Assembly (NCBI GenBank): GCA_963740315.1
Contig: CAVUDP010000002.1
Coordinates: 2,976,001 to 3,040,000, forward strand
Origin: an uncultured cyanobacterium
GTDB lineage: Bacteria > Cyanobacteriota > Cyanobacteriia > Cyanobacteriales > Nostocaceae
Length of the DNA stretch: 64,000 bases
Direction of reading: 5' to 3'
The translations under genes and the position numbers were made by a program. The notes under the pieces were generated by a model that saw nothing but the letters and a program-made list of their open reading frames with translations, was not told where the DNA came from and did not search any database. Below are positions 32,618 through 43,408 of the stretch, piece by piece. Numbering within the stretch: position 1 is the first letter of the stretch; every line of letters starts with the position of its first letter.

Positions 32618-33190
32618 CTACAAACCTGCCATCGTGCGTAAATTTGAACGGCGAATTAATTCGACAAAATTTAAAGTAGAACGTTTTTCAATTTTGGCAG
32701 CGGTTTCGATTGCTTTTAACAGATGCTCTGCTGCTTCGGCTTGTGAATAACCGCGTCGCTCTACTAAATTAATAGCCGCCATATCCGCAGCAATTTCCGA
32801 TTCTTGAGAATGGTTATTGCGCCAAATACGAAGAATAGCGATCGCGCTTAATCCACCAGCTGCAACAACGCCTACCGCATCACCTTGAGCCGATTCGATC
32901 GAGCCACCGAAAAGTCCAGCTAGCACGACACCTTGATATATATCAGGCTTAAACCACCGTACCTCACTCAACCAGCTAACGGTACGCAACAGCAGTAAGT
33001 CTCGTTGTTGTTTGCTAAGATTACGCCACAAATCAAAGTTAATATATATCAATCTTTCTCGATGCCAAGGTAAGGGAAACGATGCATCAATTACTTTTAA
33101 CTGTTCTGGCTTATTCAGAATTTTTGCCGTATTTCTAGCGGAAGCAGGCATTAATTCTAATAAACGACGAATTTCTACCTTTGGCTCCAT
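32618..33190 (-). CDS. DUF3318-family protein
   Basis: EIRRLLELMPASAR, INFDLW, QRDLLLLRTVSW, RRGY. Confidence 0.85.
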   Translation of the reverse strand: MEPKVEIRRLLELMPASARNTAKILNKPEQLKVIDASFPLPWHRERLIYINFDLWRNLSKQQRDLLLLRTVSWLSEVRWFKPDIYQGVVLAGLFGGSIESAQGDAVGVVAAGGLSAIAILRIWRNNHSQESEIAADMAAINLVERRGYSQAEAAEHLLKAIETAAKIEKRSTLNFVELIRRSNLRTMAGL

Positions 33191-33580
33191 GATTTAAACT
33201 TGGGAATTGGGCATCGGGCATGAGGAATTGGGGATTGGGCATTGGGAATAGGAGTCAAATCGGTATTGTGTATTTACAGGTATTAGGTACTCAGATGAAA
33301 GTATTTATATTATTTAGAGAGTCTTGTTAAAATCTTATGTACCTGCGGAAGGAGTGATGAATACAAAACTTAGGTACTAATAACCTATTTATAGTCATTG
33401 AAAATTTATATTGCAATCTCAAACCATTACAAATTCATCAAAAGTATGTAATTCCTTACTTACTAATTTTTCTTAGCTCTTATAAAAATAGGTAATGGAA
33501 AATAGTAAAGTAAAGCTATGGGCTGAACCATGCCCAATGCCCCATCCCCCATGCCCAATCCCCACTAACTATTAATTTTT

Positions 33581-33832
33581 ATGGATGCTTTTGCTCCTGT
33601 ACCTCCTCAATGGACAAACGAAGCGACTCATGCTTTAGAATTTTGCTGTCCTAAATGCGGTTCAACTAGTCGTGAAGCCGAAAAAGTTTGGATAAATAGA
33701 CGCTCTCCTGTTGTGACAGAAATGTATCGCCGTAAATGGCAAGAATTTTACTACTGTAACTGCTCTCATGTATGGTGGGCTTGGAGTAACGATCGACCAC
33801 CTGCTGAGAATTCCGAGAGAATGCCGGATTAG
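33581..33832 (+). CDS. Conserved zinc-ribbon hypothetical protein
   Basis: CPKC...WQEFYYCNC..WWAWS. Confidence 0.8.
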   Translation: MDAFAPVPPQWTNEATHALEFCCPKCGSTSREAEKVWINRRSPVVTEMYRRKWQEFYYCNCSHVWWAWSNDRPPAENSERMPD

Positions 33833-33945
33833 TCGCAATTTGAAATTAATAAATAATAAATAAAGATATTAAAAAACCTGCTCCGGGCAGGCTTTGATAA
33901 ATATGGGAGACGTAATGTCCACCCGTCTCTACATAATTAACAGAT

Positions 33946-35523
33946 TTAGAACTTGAAGGTTGTACGTAGCGTACCTACATAAACGGTGTCGTTATCGTTG
34001 TTATGTTCGGGGTTGAAGATTACCAACAAGCCAGGAGTAACAGAAATTCTGTCGTTGAGCTTCATCTTGTAAAGACCTTCTAAGTGGTAAGAAGTATCTT
34101 CGTCTCTAGTAGCACCTGTAACATTGCTGATCTTAGTTACTTTGGGAGGTTGACCGAAGATTAAACCCAAGGTATTACCTTTAGCACCGAAATCCTTCAT
34201 ACCAAGTGTAGCAGCCCAGTACTCAACTTCTGAATCTCCAGTACCATTAGTTTCATCAGCATCAATAAAACCGTACCAACCAGCAAGAGTTGTCTTTTTA
34301 TTGAGTTGTAAAGCAGCTTGTACGCCGTAATGGTTGGAGGTAGTTGCAGCATCGTCAAAAGGTCTTCTGGTATCGTTAGCACCCGTGCTACCAGTGATGT
34401 TGGCACTGCCATTATCAAAACGACGCACGTAGGTTGCACCTATGTTCAAAGCTTTTATAGGCTGGACTTCTACCTGACCTAAGAAAGCATTGCTGCCATT
34501 GAAAATACCAGTCTCGGTATCAGCTGGATTACCAGAGGTATAAGATCCGCTCAATTTGATCGGAGACTTTTTACCACCTAACACCGCTGTTACACCAGCG
34601 TCACCGCTCGCAGAGCGATAGATGGGGCTGAAACGACCGTAACGAGAGATAGCACCACTGCCACTGCTTTTAAACAAGGGGTTGAATACGTTGACGTTTT
34701 CGTAGATATCAGCTTCATTAACGTCAATCTTAGCCATAACACCCTTTGCAGGCTTGAAGCTGTAGTACAATTCGGTAAGATCGAAATTGTTACCGTTGTC
34801 ACCATCAAAGCTTAAACGAGACATTCTGGTGCCTGTTGGACCAGTAAATTCCGGAGTGTTGCGAGCTTGCAAACGTACTCTCAACTTGTCTTTACCAGTG
34901 AAGCTGGTATCAAAGTTCAAACGAGCGCGGTTGGTTAGGATTACGTTGTCATCTACGTCATCTGTGCTATCAGCTTTATTGTCGCCAAAAGCACCGGAAA
35001 CTGCAAATACAACTTCACCACTTAACTTAGCGGTAGTAGAGAACTGGTTAGCTTCCAATTCAGCAGTGCGGGACTCCAAACCATCTACACGACCGCGTAG
35101 AGTAGCCAATTCAGCACCGTACTCTTCTTGCAAGCGCTTCAAGGTTTGCAAATCACCCGAACCAACTTGCTCGGTTGCGATCGCAATTAATTCGTTCATG
35201 CGATCCAAACAAGCGTTCAAACCAGCCGCGAATTCGTAACGGGTTAAAGCGCGGTTTCCACGGAAAGTTCCGTTAGGATAACCAGCAATACAGCCGTAGC
35301 GCTCTACCAAAGATTGCAATGCTTGGAATGCCCAATCAGTGGGCTGTACGTCGGAAAACTGAGAAACGGATGTTACTTGACCGATATTGCTATTTTCAGA
35401 TAGTTCGGCAACAGAAGTGTTTTTTTCGGTTGCTTCACCAGCGGATGCGCCGTTAGCAGCGAAAAATGTTGCAGCAAGAACTACTGGACTTAATTTGAAA
35501 ACGTTCCACAAAAGCTTTATCAT
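33946..35523 (-). CDS. SLH + OprB-type outer membrane porin 1
   Basis: QVTSVSQFSDVQPTDWAFQAL, QFSTT, terminal GTLRTTFKF. Confidence 0.95.
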   Translation of the reverse strand: MIKLLWNVFKLSPVVLAATFFAANGASAGEATEKNTSVAELSENSNIGQVTSVSQFSDVQPTDWAFQALQSLVERYGCIAGYPNGTFRGNRALTRYEFAAGLNACLDRMNELIAIATEQVGSGDLQTLKRLQEEYGAELATLRGRVDGLESRTAELEANQFSTTAKLSGEVVFAVSGAFGDNKADSTDDVDDNVILTNRARLNFDTSFTGKDKLRVRLQARNTPEFTGPTGTRMSRLSFDGDNGNNFDLTELYYSFKPAKGVMAKIDVNEADIYENVNVFNPLFKSSGSGAISRYGRFSPIYRSASGDAGVTAVLGGKKSPIKLSGSYTSGNPADTETGIFNGSNAFLGQVEVQPIKALNIGATYVRRFDNGSANITGSTGANDTRRPFDDAATTSNHYGVQAALQLNKKTTLAGWYGFIDADETNGTGDSEVEYWAATLGMKDFGAKGNTLGLIFGQPPKVTKISNVTGATRDEDTSYHLEGLYKMKLNDRISVTPGLLVIFNPEHNNDNDTVYVGTLRTTFKF

Positions 35524-35530
35524 TTTTTCT

Positions 35531-35542
35531 CTCACTCACACC
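35531..35542 (-). promoter_or_regulatory. Yfr1-type sRNA target site in porin 1 leader
   Basis: GGUGUGAGUGAG just upstream of the AUG, complementary to the recalled Yfr1 core CUCACAC. Confidence 0.6.
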
Positions 35543-35850
35543 TACCGTTTTAACCACCGTCAAATTATTCGTTTTATCACCGAATATTTACTGGTAGCTG
35601 TTGTATTAGATTAAAAGCCAATACTGGTAGTTAAAACAAGTAAACCAATACACCTTTTCCATATTTATTCTTTTTTTATCTATTTATGATACGAAAATGG
35701 TGGTTTTTAGGTATATTAGCGTTCGCGAGCTATTTAAAGTTTTATAGCAGACTTATTATGATATTTTGGTATTTTTAATTACCATGTATATTTTATAAAG
35801 GTAAATTAGATTAAAAATTGAATTAGTTGGGTTAAGCAGAGGCAACACAC

Positions 35851-36000
35851 TTTGGTCTGTCCTATTAATGAAGGCGGGGTAATCAAGGTTCGTAGTAAGG
35901 ACTTTAGTCCTAAATCCGGAGGGCTAAAGCCCTTACTACAAACCTATCAAAATTAATGGGAATAACCATGCTTTGGTCTGTCCCATTAATTTTGATGGGT
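35851..36000. mobile_element. MITE-like nested palindromic element plus start of a second copy
   Basis: tggtctgtcc(c)attaat ends enclosing aggttcgtagtaag...cttactacaaacct; same family as 44204-44575. Confidence 0.65.
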
Positions 36001-36117
36001 ATATTTTCAGTCCTATTTATAAGACTTTTGCTATTAGATGGGGGTTTACAACCTCCGTCGGACTACCCCCTCTACCCCCTCCCTAATACAACCTATGAAA
36101 ACTAATGAAAAGAACTA

Positions 36118-37752
36118 CTAGAAACTAAAAGTAGTACGCAAAGTACCTACATAAATAGTATCGTTGTTATCGTTGTGTTCTGGATTGAAGATAACTAATA
36201 ACCCCGGTGTTAGCGAAACATTATCGTTTAATTGCAGCCTGTACAAAGCTTCCAAATGATATGAAGTATCTAAATCTTCGCGATCGTTGACATCGTTATC
36301 AGTAATTTTTGGCGGTTGACCGAAAATAATACCTAAAAGACTATTTTTTGTGCCAAAGTCCCTTATACCCAAATTTGCAGCCCAGTAGAATATATCTGCA
36401 TCTGCACCATCATTTGGTCCGGTTAAAGCTTTAGCAGTAGTATAACCAGCCCAACCGCCAACGCTTAATTTAGAACTGGGTCGGAAGTTCGCTTGTACGC
36501 TGTAGTTATTAGCTGTAGTCGCTACACCACCGAATGGCTCGTCAACAAATCTGCTACCCGTACTTCTAAATAAATTGACTCGATTCGTTCCACCAGTATT
36601 GCGATAAGTACGGGCGTAGCTTGCACCAACGTTAAAAGATTTAGAAGGCTCGAAGTCTACCTGACCGAAAACGCTATTAGCACCGTTAAAAACTCCGTCT
36701 GGGTCGTTTGGATCGCTAGATCTGCGGGCTAAATAAGCACCCGTAAATTTAATTTTCCCTTGAGGATTAGCAGTTACGGTTAAACCAGCACCACCTGCAC
36801 CTTGACGATAAATGGGGCTAAAACGTCCGTAGCGGGATATTGAACCCGTTCCGCTGTCCTCAAAATTGGGGTTGAAGGTGTTAACGTTTCTAAATATTTC
36901 GGCGTTAGTAGCGTCAACTTTTACTCGCAATGCTTTACCCAAGTTGAAAGCATAACTGAGTTTATCCAGACCAACATCGTTATTAGCTTCACCGAAAACA
37001 TTATCAAATGAAAGACGAGTCATGTCGGTACCCGTGATACCGCTATTATCAAATTGACGATTGTATCTGGTGATATTGCCAGCATTCAAACGAATTTGCA
37101 ACTCGTCTGTACCAGTAAAGCTACTGTTTAAATATAGGCGGATGCGATCGCTAAAAGTGGTATTACTCTCAAGGTCGCGATTATTATTTGGGTTTGTATC
37201 ATTATCTGCTCTTCGATCGCCAAAAGCATTAGAAAAGTTAAATATCGCTCGCCCTTGGAGTTTGGTAGTAGTAGAAAATTGATTGGCTTCTAATTTAGCG
37301 GTACTTGCTTCGAGTGCATCAACCCGACCGCGCAAAGTTGCCAATTCTGGACCAAATTCTGACTGCAATCTTTGTAAAACGATTAAATCGTCTCTGGATA
37401 TTATATTTGTTGTTGCTGTGGCAATCAGCTCGTTGACTCTGTTCAGGCAAGCATTTAATCCAGCTGCGAATTCATAACGAGTCATGGCGCGATTACCGCG
37501 ATAAGTCCCGTTGGGATAACCAGCGATACAACCATACCTTTCTACTAAAGATTGCAACGCTTGAAACGCCCAATCTGTAGGCTGTACGTCAGAAAATTGA
37601 GACACTGACGTTACCTGACTCATAGGTGCTTCTTCTAAGAGTTCCGTAACCGTTGTTAACTGTTGTTCTGCTAAAGCAGGATTTACAGCAACAAATGAAG
37701 CTACTGTCAGCACCGGGCTAATTTGGAGAAAATTCTTAAACAGTTTTTCCAT
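36118..37752 (-). CDS. SLH + OprB-type outer membrane porin 2
   Basis: Same SLH motif; terminal GTLRTTFSF. Confidence 0.95.
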   Translation of the reverse strand: MEKLFKNFLQISPVLTVASFVAVNPALAEQQLTTVTELLEEAPMSQVTSVSQFSDVQPTDWAFQALQSLVERYGCIAGYPNGTYRGNRAMTRYEFAAGLNACLNRVNELIATATTNIISRDDLIVLQRLQSEFGPELATLRGRVDALEASTAKLEANQFSTTTKLQGRAIFNFSNAFGDRRADNDTNPNNNRDLESNTTFSDRIRLYLNSSFTGTDELQIRLNAGNITRYNRQFDNSGITGTDMTRLSFDNVFGEANNDVGLDKLSYAFNLGKALRVKVDATNAEIFRNVNTFNPNFEDSGTGSISRYGRFSPIYRQGAGGAGLTVTANPQGKIKFTGAYLARRSSDPNDPDGVFNGANSVFGQVDFEPSKSFNVGASYARTYRNTGGTNRVNLFRSTGSRFVDEPFGGVATTANNYSVQANFRPSSKLSVGGWAGYTTAKALTGPNDGADADIFYWAANLGIRDFGTKNSLLGIIFGQPPKITDNDVNDREDLDTSYHLEALYRLQLNDNVSLTPGLLVIFNPEHNDNNDTIYVGTLRTTFSF

Positions 37753-38010
37753 ACGATCTAATAATTGTTGCCTGCAATACTAACATCGAAACATTCAATC
37801 ACAAGTAAGATCGGCAATTTACGTGTTTTGCTTATAAAAATGTTAAATAAATACTGGATCGGGATGATGCTTTCCGGTAATTATACTCAAGACATAGAAA
37901 AGAAAAGTCTCTATTACCGTAGGCTTAATTTATTACTTGGCTGCTCGAAGACTACAGACGCTTTGACTTAGAGATTTTTTTTAACTTCCAAATAACTTGT
38001 TAACTTGTAA

Positions 38011-38123
38011 CTTGTTCCCAGGTTCCACCTGGGAATACAGTTTAGGAGGCTCTGCCTCCGCTGCGTATATCTAACGAGCCAGAGACTCTTGAAATGCGTT
38101 CCCAGCCGGAGTCTGGGAACGAG
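38011..38123. repeat. Nested palindromic dispersed repeat
   Basis: CTTGTTCCCAGG...CTGGGAA / GAGGCTCTGCCTC / TTCCCAG...CTGGGAACGAG. Confidence 0.7.
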
Positions 38124-38211
38124 TTAAATAGATTTAATATGCTAACAAAAAAGCCTGCAAAAGCAGGCTCCATCTAACTTATAAGCATTTTATTAAATTG
38201 CTAAAACCATC

Positions 38212-39816
38212 TTAGAATTTGAAAGTAGTACGCAGCGTACCGACATAAATGGTCTCGTTACCGTCATTGTGTTCTGGATTGAAGATAACTAATATGCCAG
38301 GAGTGATGGCAATATTATCATTGATGGGTAATTTGTAAAGTCCCTCTAGGTGATAAGAAGTATCATCGTCTTCTCTAGCGTTAATATCGTTGTCGGTTAC
38401 TTTGGGTGGTTGACCAAAGATCACACCAAGAGTACTACCTTTAGCACCGATGTCTCTGAAAGCCAACGCGGCTGCCCAGTAGAACATTTCCGCATCAGAA
38501 CCTTCAACTCCAGCTCCTCCGGATTTGGCTGTTGCTTCTGAATAACCAGCCCAACCTGAAAGAGCTATCTTAGAAGTGGGGCTTATTAATGCTTGTACGC
38601 CGTAGTTATTGCTGGTAGTTGCAACAGGACCAAAGGGCTGATTCGCAAAAGCGCTACCTGTAGAACTAAATAAATTAACGCCGCCTTCTTGATTTTGGTA
38701 TCTACGAGCATAAGTCAAACCAACACCAAAGGCTTTACTTGGTTTGAAAGAAACTTGACCGACGGCTGTAAAATTACCATCAAAAACTCCCGTACCCGAT
38801 CCTGGGTTGCTGTTTTCATCAGTTAAGTAAGCTACAGATGCGCTGATCGGAGATTTGGGAGCGAAGGTTAAAGTTAAACCAGCACCACCACCTTGACGGT
38901 AAATCGGGCTGAAACGTCCGTAACGCGATATTGCACCACTACCGCTGCTTTCAAAAGCGGGGTTAAAGACATCTATGTTATCGTTCAATTCAGCATCAAC
39001 GGCATCAACTTTTACTCGTAGGGCATCGCTGAGTGGAAATTCGTACCATAATTCGCCAATTTCAAAGTCGTTATCGTCTTCTCCGTCAAAGCCCAGACGG
39101 GTCATATTAGTACCTGTTCGACCTCTGTTATATTGGGTAACGTTTCTAGCTTGCAGGCGGACTCTTAATTTATCTTTTCCGGTAAAACTAGAATCAAAAT
39201 TCAGACGTACCCGGTCGGTAAAGGTAGTGTTATCTGCATCACTTTCTAAGTCTGTACCACCAATAGCCTCGCCAAAAGCATCAGAAAAAGCAAATATTAC
39301 TTCACCATTTAATTTAGTAGTGGTAGAAAACTGATTTGCTTCTATTTCAGCAGTACGAGCTTCTAATGCATCTACCCTACCGCGTAAGGTTGCTAGCTCT
39401 GCACTAAATTCTTCTTGCAAACGTCGTAAAGTTGCTAAATCTTCTCTACTAACAATATTTGCTGTCGCGGTTGCAATTAATTCGTTAACTCTATCCAAAC
39501 AAGCATTCAAACCTGCGGCAAATTCATAACGAGTTAAAGCTCGATTCCCGCGATATGTACCGTTCGGATAACCCGCAATACAACCGTAACGCTCTACCAA
39601 TGATTGCAGTGCTTGAAATGCCCAATCTGTTGGCTGAACGTCCGAAAACTGCGATACTGATGTTACCTGAGCCATCGAACCTGTCTCTTCAGATAACTCG
39701 GCAACAGGTGTTACTTGCTCGTTAACTTCCTCTGCTAGTACACTGTTAGCAGTAAAAACTGTAGCTGCTAAAATCGCTGGACTTAGTTTCAGAGTATTCC
39801 AAATAGATTTTCTCAT
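38212..39816 (-). CDS. SLH + OprB-type outer membrane porin 3
   Basis: Same SLH motif; terminal GTLRTTFKF; hairpin aagcctgc-aaaa-gcaggct downstream. Confidence 0.95.
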   Translation of the reverse strand: MRKSIWNTLKLSPAILAATVFTANSVLAEEVNEQVTPVAELSEETGSMAQVTSVSQFSDVQPTDWAFQALQSLVERYGCIAGYPNGTYRGNRALTRYEFAAGLNACLDRVNELIATATANIVSREDLATLRRLQEEFSAELATLRGRVDALEARTAEIEANQFSTTTKLNGEVIFAFSDAFGEAIGGTDLESDADNTTFTDRVRLNFDSSFTGKDKLRVRLQARNVTQYNRGRTGTNMTRLGFDGEDDNDFEIGELWYEFPLSDALRVKVDAVDAELNDNIDVFNPAFESSGSGAISRYGRFSPIYRQGGGAGLTLTFAPKSPISASVAYLTDENSNPGSGTGVFDGNFTAVGQVSFKPSKAFGVGLTYARRYQNQEGGVNLFSSTGSAFANQPFGPVATTSNNYGVQALISPTSKIALSGWAGYSEATAKSGGAGVEGSDAEMFYWAAALAFRDIGAKGSTLGVIFGQPPKVTDNDINAREDDDTSYHLEGLYKLPINDNIAITPGILVIFNPEHNDGNETIYVGTLRTTFKF

Positions 39817-39819
39817 CTT

Positions 39820-39831
39820 CTCGCTCACACC
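39820..39831 (-). promoter_or_regulatory. Yfr1-type sRNA target site in porin 3 leader
   Basis: GGUGUGAGCGAG just upstream of the AUG. Confidence 0.6.
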
Positions 39832-39889
39832 GATACAATTATTCTTGTTAATAAAGTCATAAGTTCACCCTTAAATTCAAATCTAGTTA

Positions 39890-39920
39890 GATTTAAGTCT
39901 AATATTAAGATTAATTTAAG
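39890..39920 (-). promoter_or_regulatory. Candidate Pho (SphR) box
   Basis: CTTAAATT-N3-CTTAATAT-N4-CTTAAATC, resembling the PyTTAAPyPy repeats of cyanobacterial Pho boxes. Confidence 0.5.
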
Positions 39921-40001
39921 GGATTTTACTTATGGACAAACAAGCTAATTCTACCAGAAAACTGTTAAGTGGTTAACAGTGTTAACCACCTAACATTATT
40001 A

Positions 40002-40619
40002 TTATTTTCTACCGTCTTGATTAGGTAAACGTAGAATGATGCGACGTTTGTGACGTACTATATTCTGTTCGTCTTCAAACTGTTGCAACAAGCGAGTTAC
40101 AGTAACACGTGTTGTATTTAACACTTCTGCCATCTCTTGATGAGTAACGTTAAGGTCGATAAGTCTACCTTGTTCTACTTCACGACCAAACTTTTCACCC
40201 AACCATACCAAAAATTGCCACAAACGTAGCGAAATTGGCTTACGATGTACTATACTTAATAACTCCTCTGACTGTTGAATGTGAGAAACCAAGGCTTCAA
40301 CGTCTTGATGCCACATTTGAGGTGGTAAAACGCTGACTTCAACACTGGTCAGACATTCGATTTGGTAAGGCTTAACGCAAGAAAGTGGGTAGCCAACCAA
40401 ATCTCCCGGACCCCAGTAACCTAAAGTGATAAATGCCCCATCTTCACTCCAGGTTAATGTCCGAACTGCTCCCCGCTCAATCCGCCATAGTACGTCGTTA
40501 CGTGGCGGAATGACTTCACGACGGGTAAATAGTCTTTGTGGCAGCGAAGTGCCAGTACTATTATTCGTATTTTGATTTTGCGAAAAACTATTGTTTGCAG
40601 GGCGATTTGTCGAATACAT
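40002..40619 (-). CDS. CRP/Fnr-family transcriptional regulator
   Basis: LWRIERGAVRT, HTH VTHQEMAEVLNTTRVTVTR. Confidence 0.92.
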   Translation of the reverse strand: MYSTNRPANNSFSQNQNTNNSTGTSLPQRLFTRREVIPPRNDVLWRIERGAVRTLTWSEDGAFITLGYWGPGDLVGYPLSCVKPYQIECLTSVEVSVLPPQMWHQDVEALVSHIQQSEELLSIVHRKPISLRLWQFLVWLGEKFGREVEQGRLIDLNVTHQEMAEVLNTTRVTVTRLLQQFEDEQNIVRHKRRIILRLPNQDGRK

Positions 40620-41170
40620 TATGGAAAGTTCCTAGTTGGGTTTGTTGTTTGTGTTTGCTTAATTTAAAAGCGGTCAAAGGTATCCAGTAGATTTGCCATC
40701 ACCCTGTAAAACATGGTCAAATCTAATTGCGATCTAACTCGTTAACTTAGCAGTTTTTATTTTGCTCTATCTTCTGTTAGATAGAATTTTCTTTGGCTCA
40801 GCCAAAAGGTAGATGAAGTGTCTCAAGGTACTCTGCTAATTTATAGATAATTATGTGATGAAGATTTGATTCATCCTAAGTATCTGCCCTGAGAAAAACA
40901 TTGCTGGCGCGATAAGTGCGGTCGGACTACAAATATTTAGCAGTAATAATACAATAATAGCAAAGTATAATTTGCGACAGCGCAATTAGCACAACATTTA
41001 CCATTATTACCTAAATTTGCTACTTTGTGTTTATGAGAACGTTACTTTGTGTTTATGGTAACGTTAAATTACATTTATGCTTAGTTGCGAAATCCTCTCA
41101 AAAAAAACAAATCTGCGGTATCCAGAATAACATTAGAAGCTATTCTAGAACAGTTGAGAATAGTTTGCAA

Positions 41171-43408
41171 CTAATCGGAAGTTTTGGTAACGTAAATCAC
41201 CGCAGGCTTAGGAGGAGCATCGGTGGTTTTCGAGGGCCAGTTAGAACCAATGGGGACTTTACGAGTTTGCGTAAATTCTTCTCCCGTGGTGCTGTAAACT
41301 AGATAATCTCGACTTTCCGAGGCGTTTTTAAAGCGAGTACCGTTGGCTTCTCCAGGATGCTGAATGGCAAGAAACATGGTTTGCTCGTCGGGTGTAAAAC
41401 AAGGTCCAGTTGTTTCGCACTCCATCGGTCCGATACCGAATAACATGGCTTTACCTGCATTTTCACCGGAAGTGGGAATATACCAAATAGTATTATTACC
41501 AAATAATCCGGATATATTTGCAGTTTTACCTTCGTCGTCGGTACGATTTTTGACGGCGTTATTTAGTTTGGATGTTGAAACATCCGTTACCATCCATACA
41601 TTTCCACCTTTATCTAGCAGCAGGTTGTCGGGGTTTGCAAAACCCATTCCACCGCTTGAAGGTTCGCCACCAGTAGCAAGCATTTCCCATTTAAAAGTCT
41701 TAGCATCTGGGTTATTGCGGTCTTCTATAAGACGCATTACCCATCCATACTCGTAGCCTACTTCACCGCTCGGACCTTTGAAAATTCTGCTATCCGGACC
41801 GCCGTCATCACCGGGAGAACCAGAGGTAAAGCTAATATACAAATCTCCATTCGGTGCAATTTCGGTATCCTCCGGACGAGCCGTACAAGTTGCACCTGCG
41901 GCATTAGCGGCGTAATGCGCGTCAATCAATATTGCACCCTGCTTTTCTTCGGCGTTACCTACATATAAATCGCCGATTTTTTGGAATTCCTGCTTATATT
42001 TGGCAACTTCTTCATCTTTTGATGCTGCTAAATAATTGCCTTGAATCGGTGTTGGAACTTCAAACAGCGATCGCTTTTCCCCTGGCGATCGCGAGCCTAA
42101 TGGTAGATGAATTAGGTTTCCGGCGATATTGCTTGGAAGCTCTGGATCTATAGCAGTATCTGCATTTAAAGGTATCCAGCTACCCGTACCGTTGGAGTCG
42201 AATTTGGCTACGTAGAGCATTCCCACAGAAAGAAGCTGAGAATTCGCTTTGTCTTTGGGGTCGGAAACTTTATCATTACTAACAAATTTATAAACGTGTC
42301 CGCCTCTTCGATCGCACCCTGAATAAAATGCTAGAGGTTTTCCTGCTTCGACACGAACGCCTACTGCTTCATGGTGGTAGCGTCCCAACCAAGTATGTTT
42401 TGTGCCGTAATCGTCGGGGTTAGCCGGATCTACTTCTACTATCCAACCGTATTTATTCCCAGCGAGTCCAAAAACGTTACCTTGACCGTACAAGTCTCCT
42501 TTACCTAATAAAAAAGGAACTTTTTCTGGCTCGAAAGATGTTCCATCAGCATACACTGGTTCGGGTACTTGAGCCTGAAAGTTTTCTTCCGCACTTAGAA
42601 CCGTTCCCCAAGGTGTGGTTCCACCAGCGCAATTTGCAAAAGAACCAATTATGCGATCGCCAAGTTTGTCGGTGTAACCAAGTCCTTGCTGTTTGCGAAA
42701 TATCGCTACACTAGGACCAGTGGATTTAAGGTAACGTCCGTCTTCTAAACCGGAAATCCCAGTAATGCGCCTATCTACATTACCGTTAGTACGTTCCCAT
42801 TTTCCATCCGCATTTTTGCGAATTGAGATAATGCCTAATCCCTGATCTAATAATGCTTCGGAACTAATTTCCCGTATTTTAGCTTTCAACGGGTCATCTT
42901 CCTTGAAAGCATAAGCATTTACCTCACCTTTCCCTTGAGAATCGCTGTTTATCTGGGTTATCACCTCATCAAAAGGTAATGATTTCCCTAACACCTGCTC
43001 GTAAGTTTGCATCCAAGGGATAGCGCTAATGTATTCAAAGTTAATTGAGAGATATCCTTCGTTTTCCCCAGATGGTACAAAAGATAAATAATCATTGTTG
43101 TAACCAAATCGGGAATCGCCGACTTTATCGCCCCAAGCAGCAATAACTTGGTATTCAAAACCATTTGGTAATACCAAATCATCAACTACTTCATAGTTGC
43201 GGTAAGCTTCTTGCTGTTGTTCTGGGGTAAACCCAGCATTTTGTAATGGAATGGGACTTTTTACGGGTTTGAATACGGATAACGCCTTGTTTTGTGGCGT
43301 ATTCGGCTGCACTGTTGGTTTTGTATCGCACCCTGACAGCGAACTTAGTGCTACCGCACCCGCACTTCCTCCCATTAACAGCAAAAAATCACGACGTTTG
43401 ATACTCAT
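41171..43408 (-). CDS. phoX: PhoX-family alkaline phosphatase, Tat exported
   Basis: KRRDFL Tat motif; NCAGGTTPWGTVLSAEEN, GRYHHE, NPDN, ECETTGP, QHPGE. Confidence 0.93.
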   Translation of the reverse strand: MSIKRRDFLLLMGGSAGAVALSSLSGCDTKPTVQPNTPQNKALSVFKPVKSPIPLQNAGFTPEQQQEAYRNYEVVDDLVLPNGFEYQVIAAWGDKVGDSRFGYNNDYLSFVPSGENEGYLSINFEYISAIPWMQTYEQVLGKSLPFDEVITQINSDSQGKGEVNAYAFKEDDPLKAKIREISSEALLDQGLGIISIRKNADGKWERTNGNVDRRITGISGLEDGRYLKSTGPSVAIFRKQQGLGYTDKLGDRIIGSFANCAGGTTPWGTVLSAEENFQAQVPEPVYADGTSFEPEKVPFLLGKGDLYGQGNVFGLAGNKYGWIVEVDPANPDDYGTKHTWLGRYHHEAVGVRVEAGKPLAFYSGCDRRGGHVYKFVSNDKVSDPKDKANSQLLSVGMLYVAKFDSNGTGSWIPLNADTAIDPELPSNIAGNLIHLPLGSRSPGEKRSLFEVPTPIQGNYLAASKDEEVAKYKQEFQKIGDLYVGNAEEKQGAILIDAHYAANAAGATCTARPEDTEIAPNGDLYISFTSGSPGDDGGPDSRIFKGPSGEVGYEYGWVMRLIEDRNNPDAKTFKWEMLATGGEPSSGGMGFANPDNLLLDKGGNVWMVTDVSTSKLNNAVKNRTDDEGKTANISGLFGNNTIWYIPTSGENAGKAMLFGIGPMECETTGPCFTPDEQTMFLAIQHPGEANGTRFKNASESRDYLVYSTTGEEFTQTRKVPIGSNWPSKTTDAPPKPAVIYVTKTSD

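Noticed and set aside
34197..39334. Antisense and alternate-frame ORFs within the porins
   Set aside because: Explained by codon bias of the real genes
42067..42092. Mobile insertion between two close HIP1 sites in phoX
   Set aside because: Both octamers are intact and HIP1 is frequent; an insertion cannot be shown without an alignment
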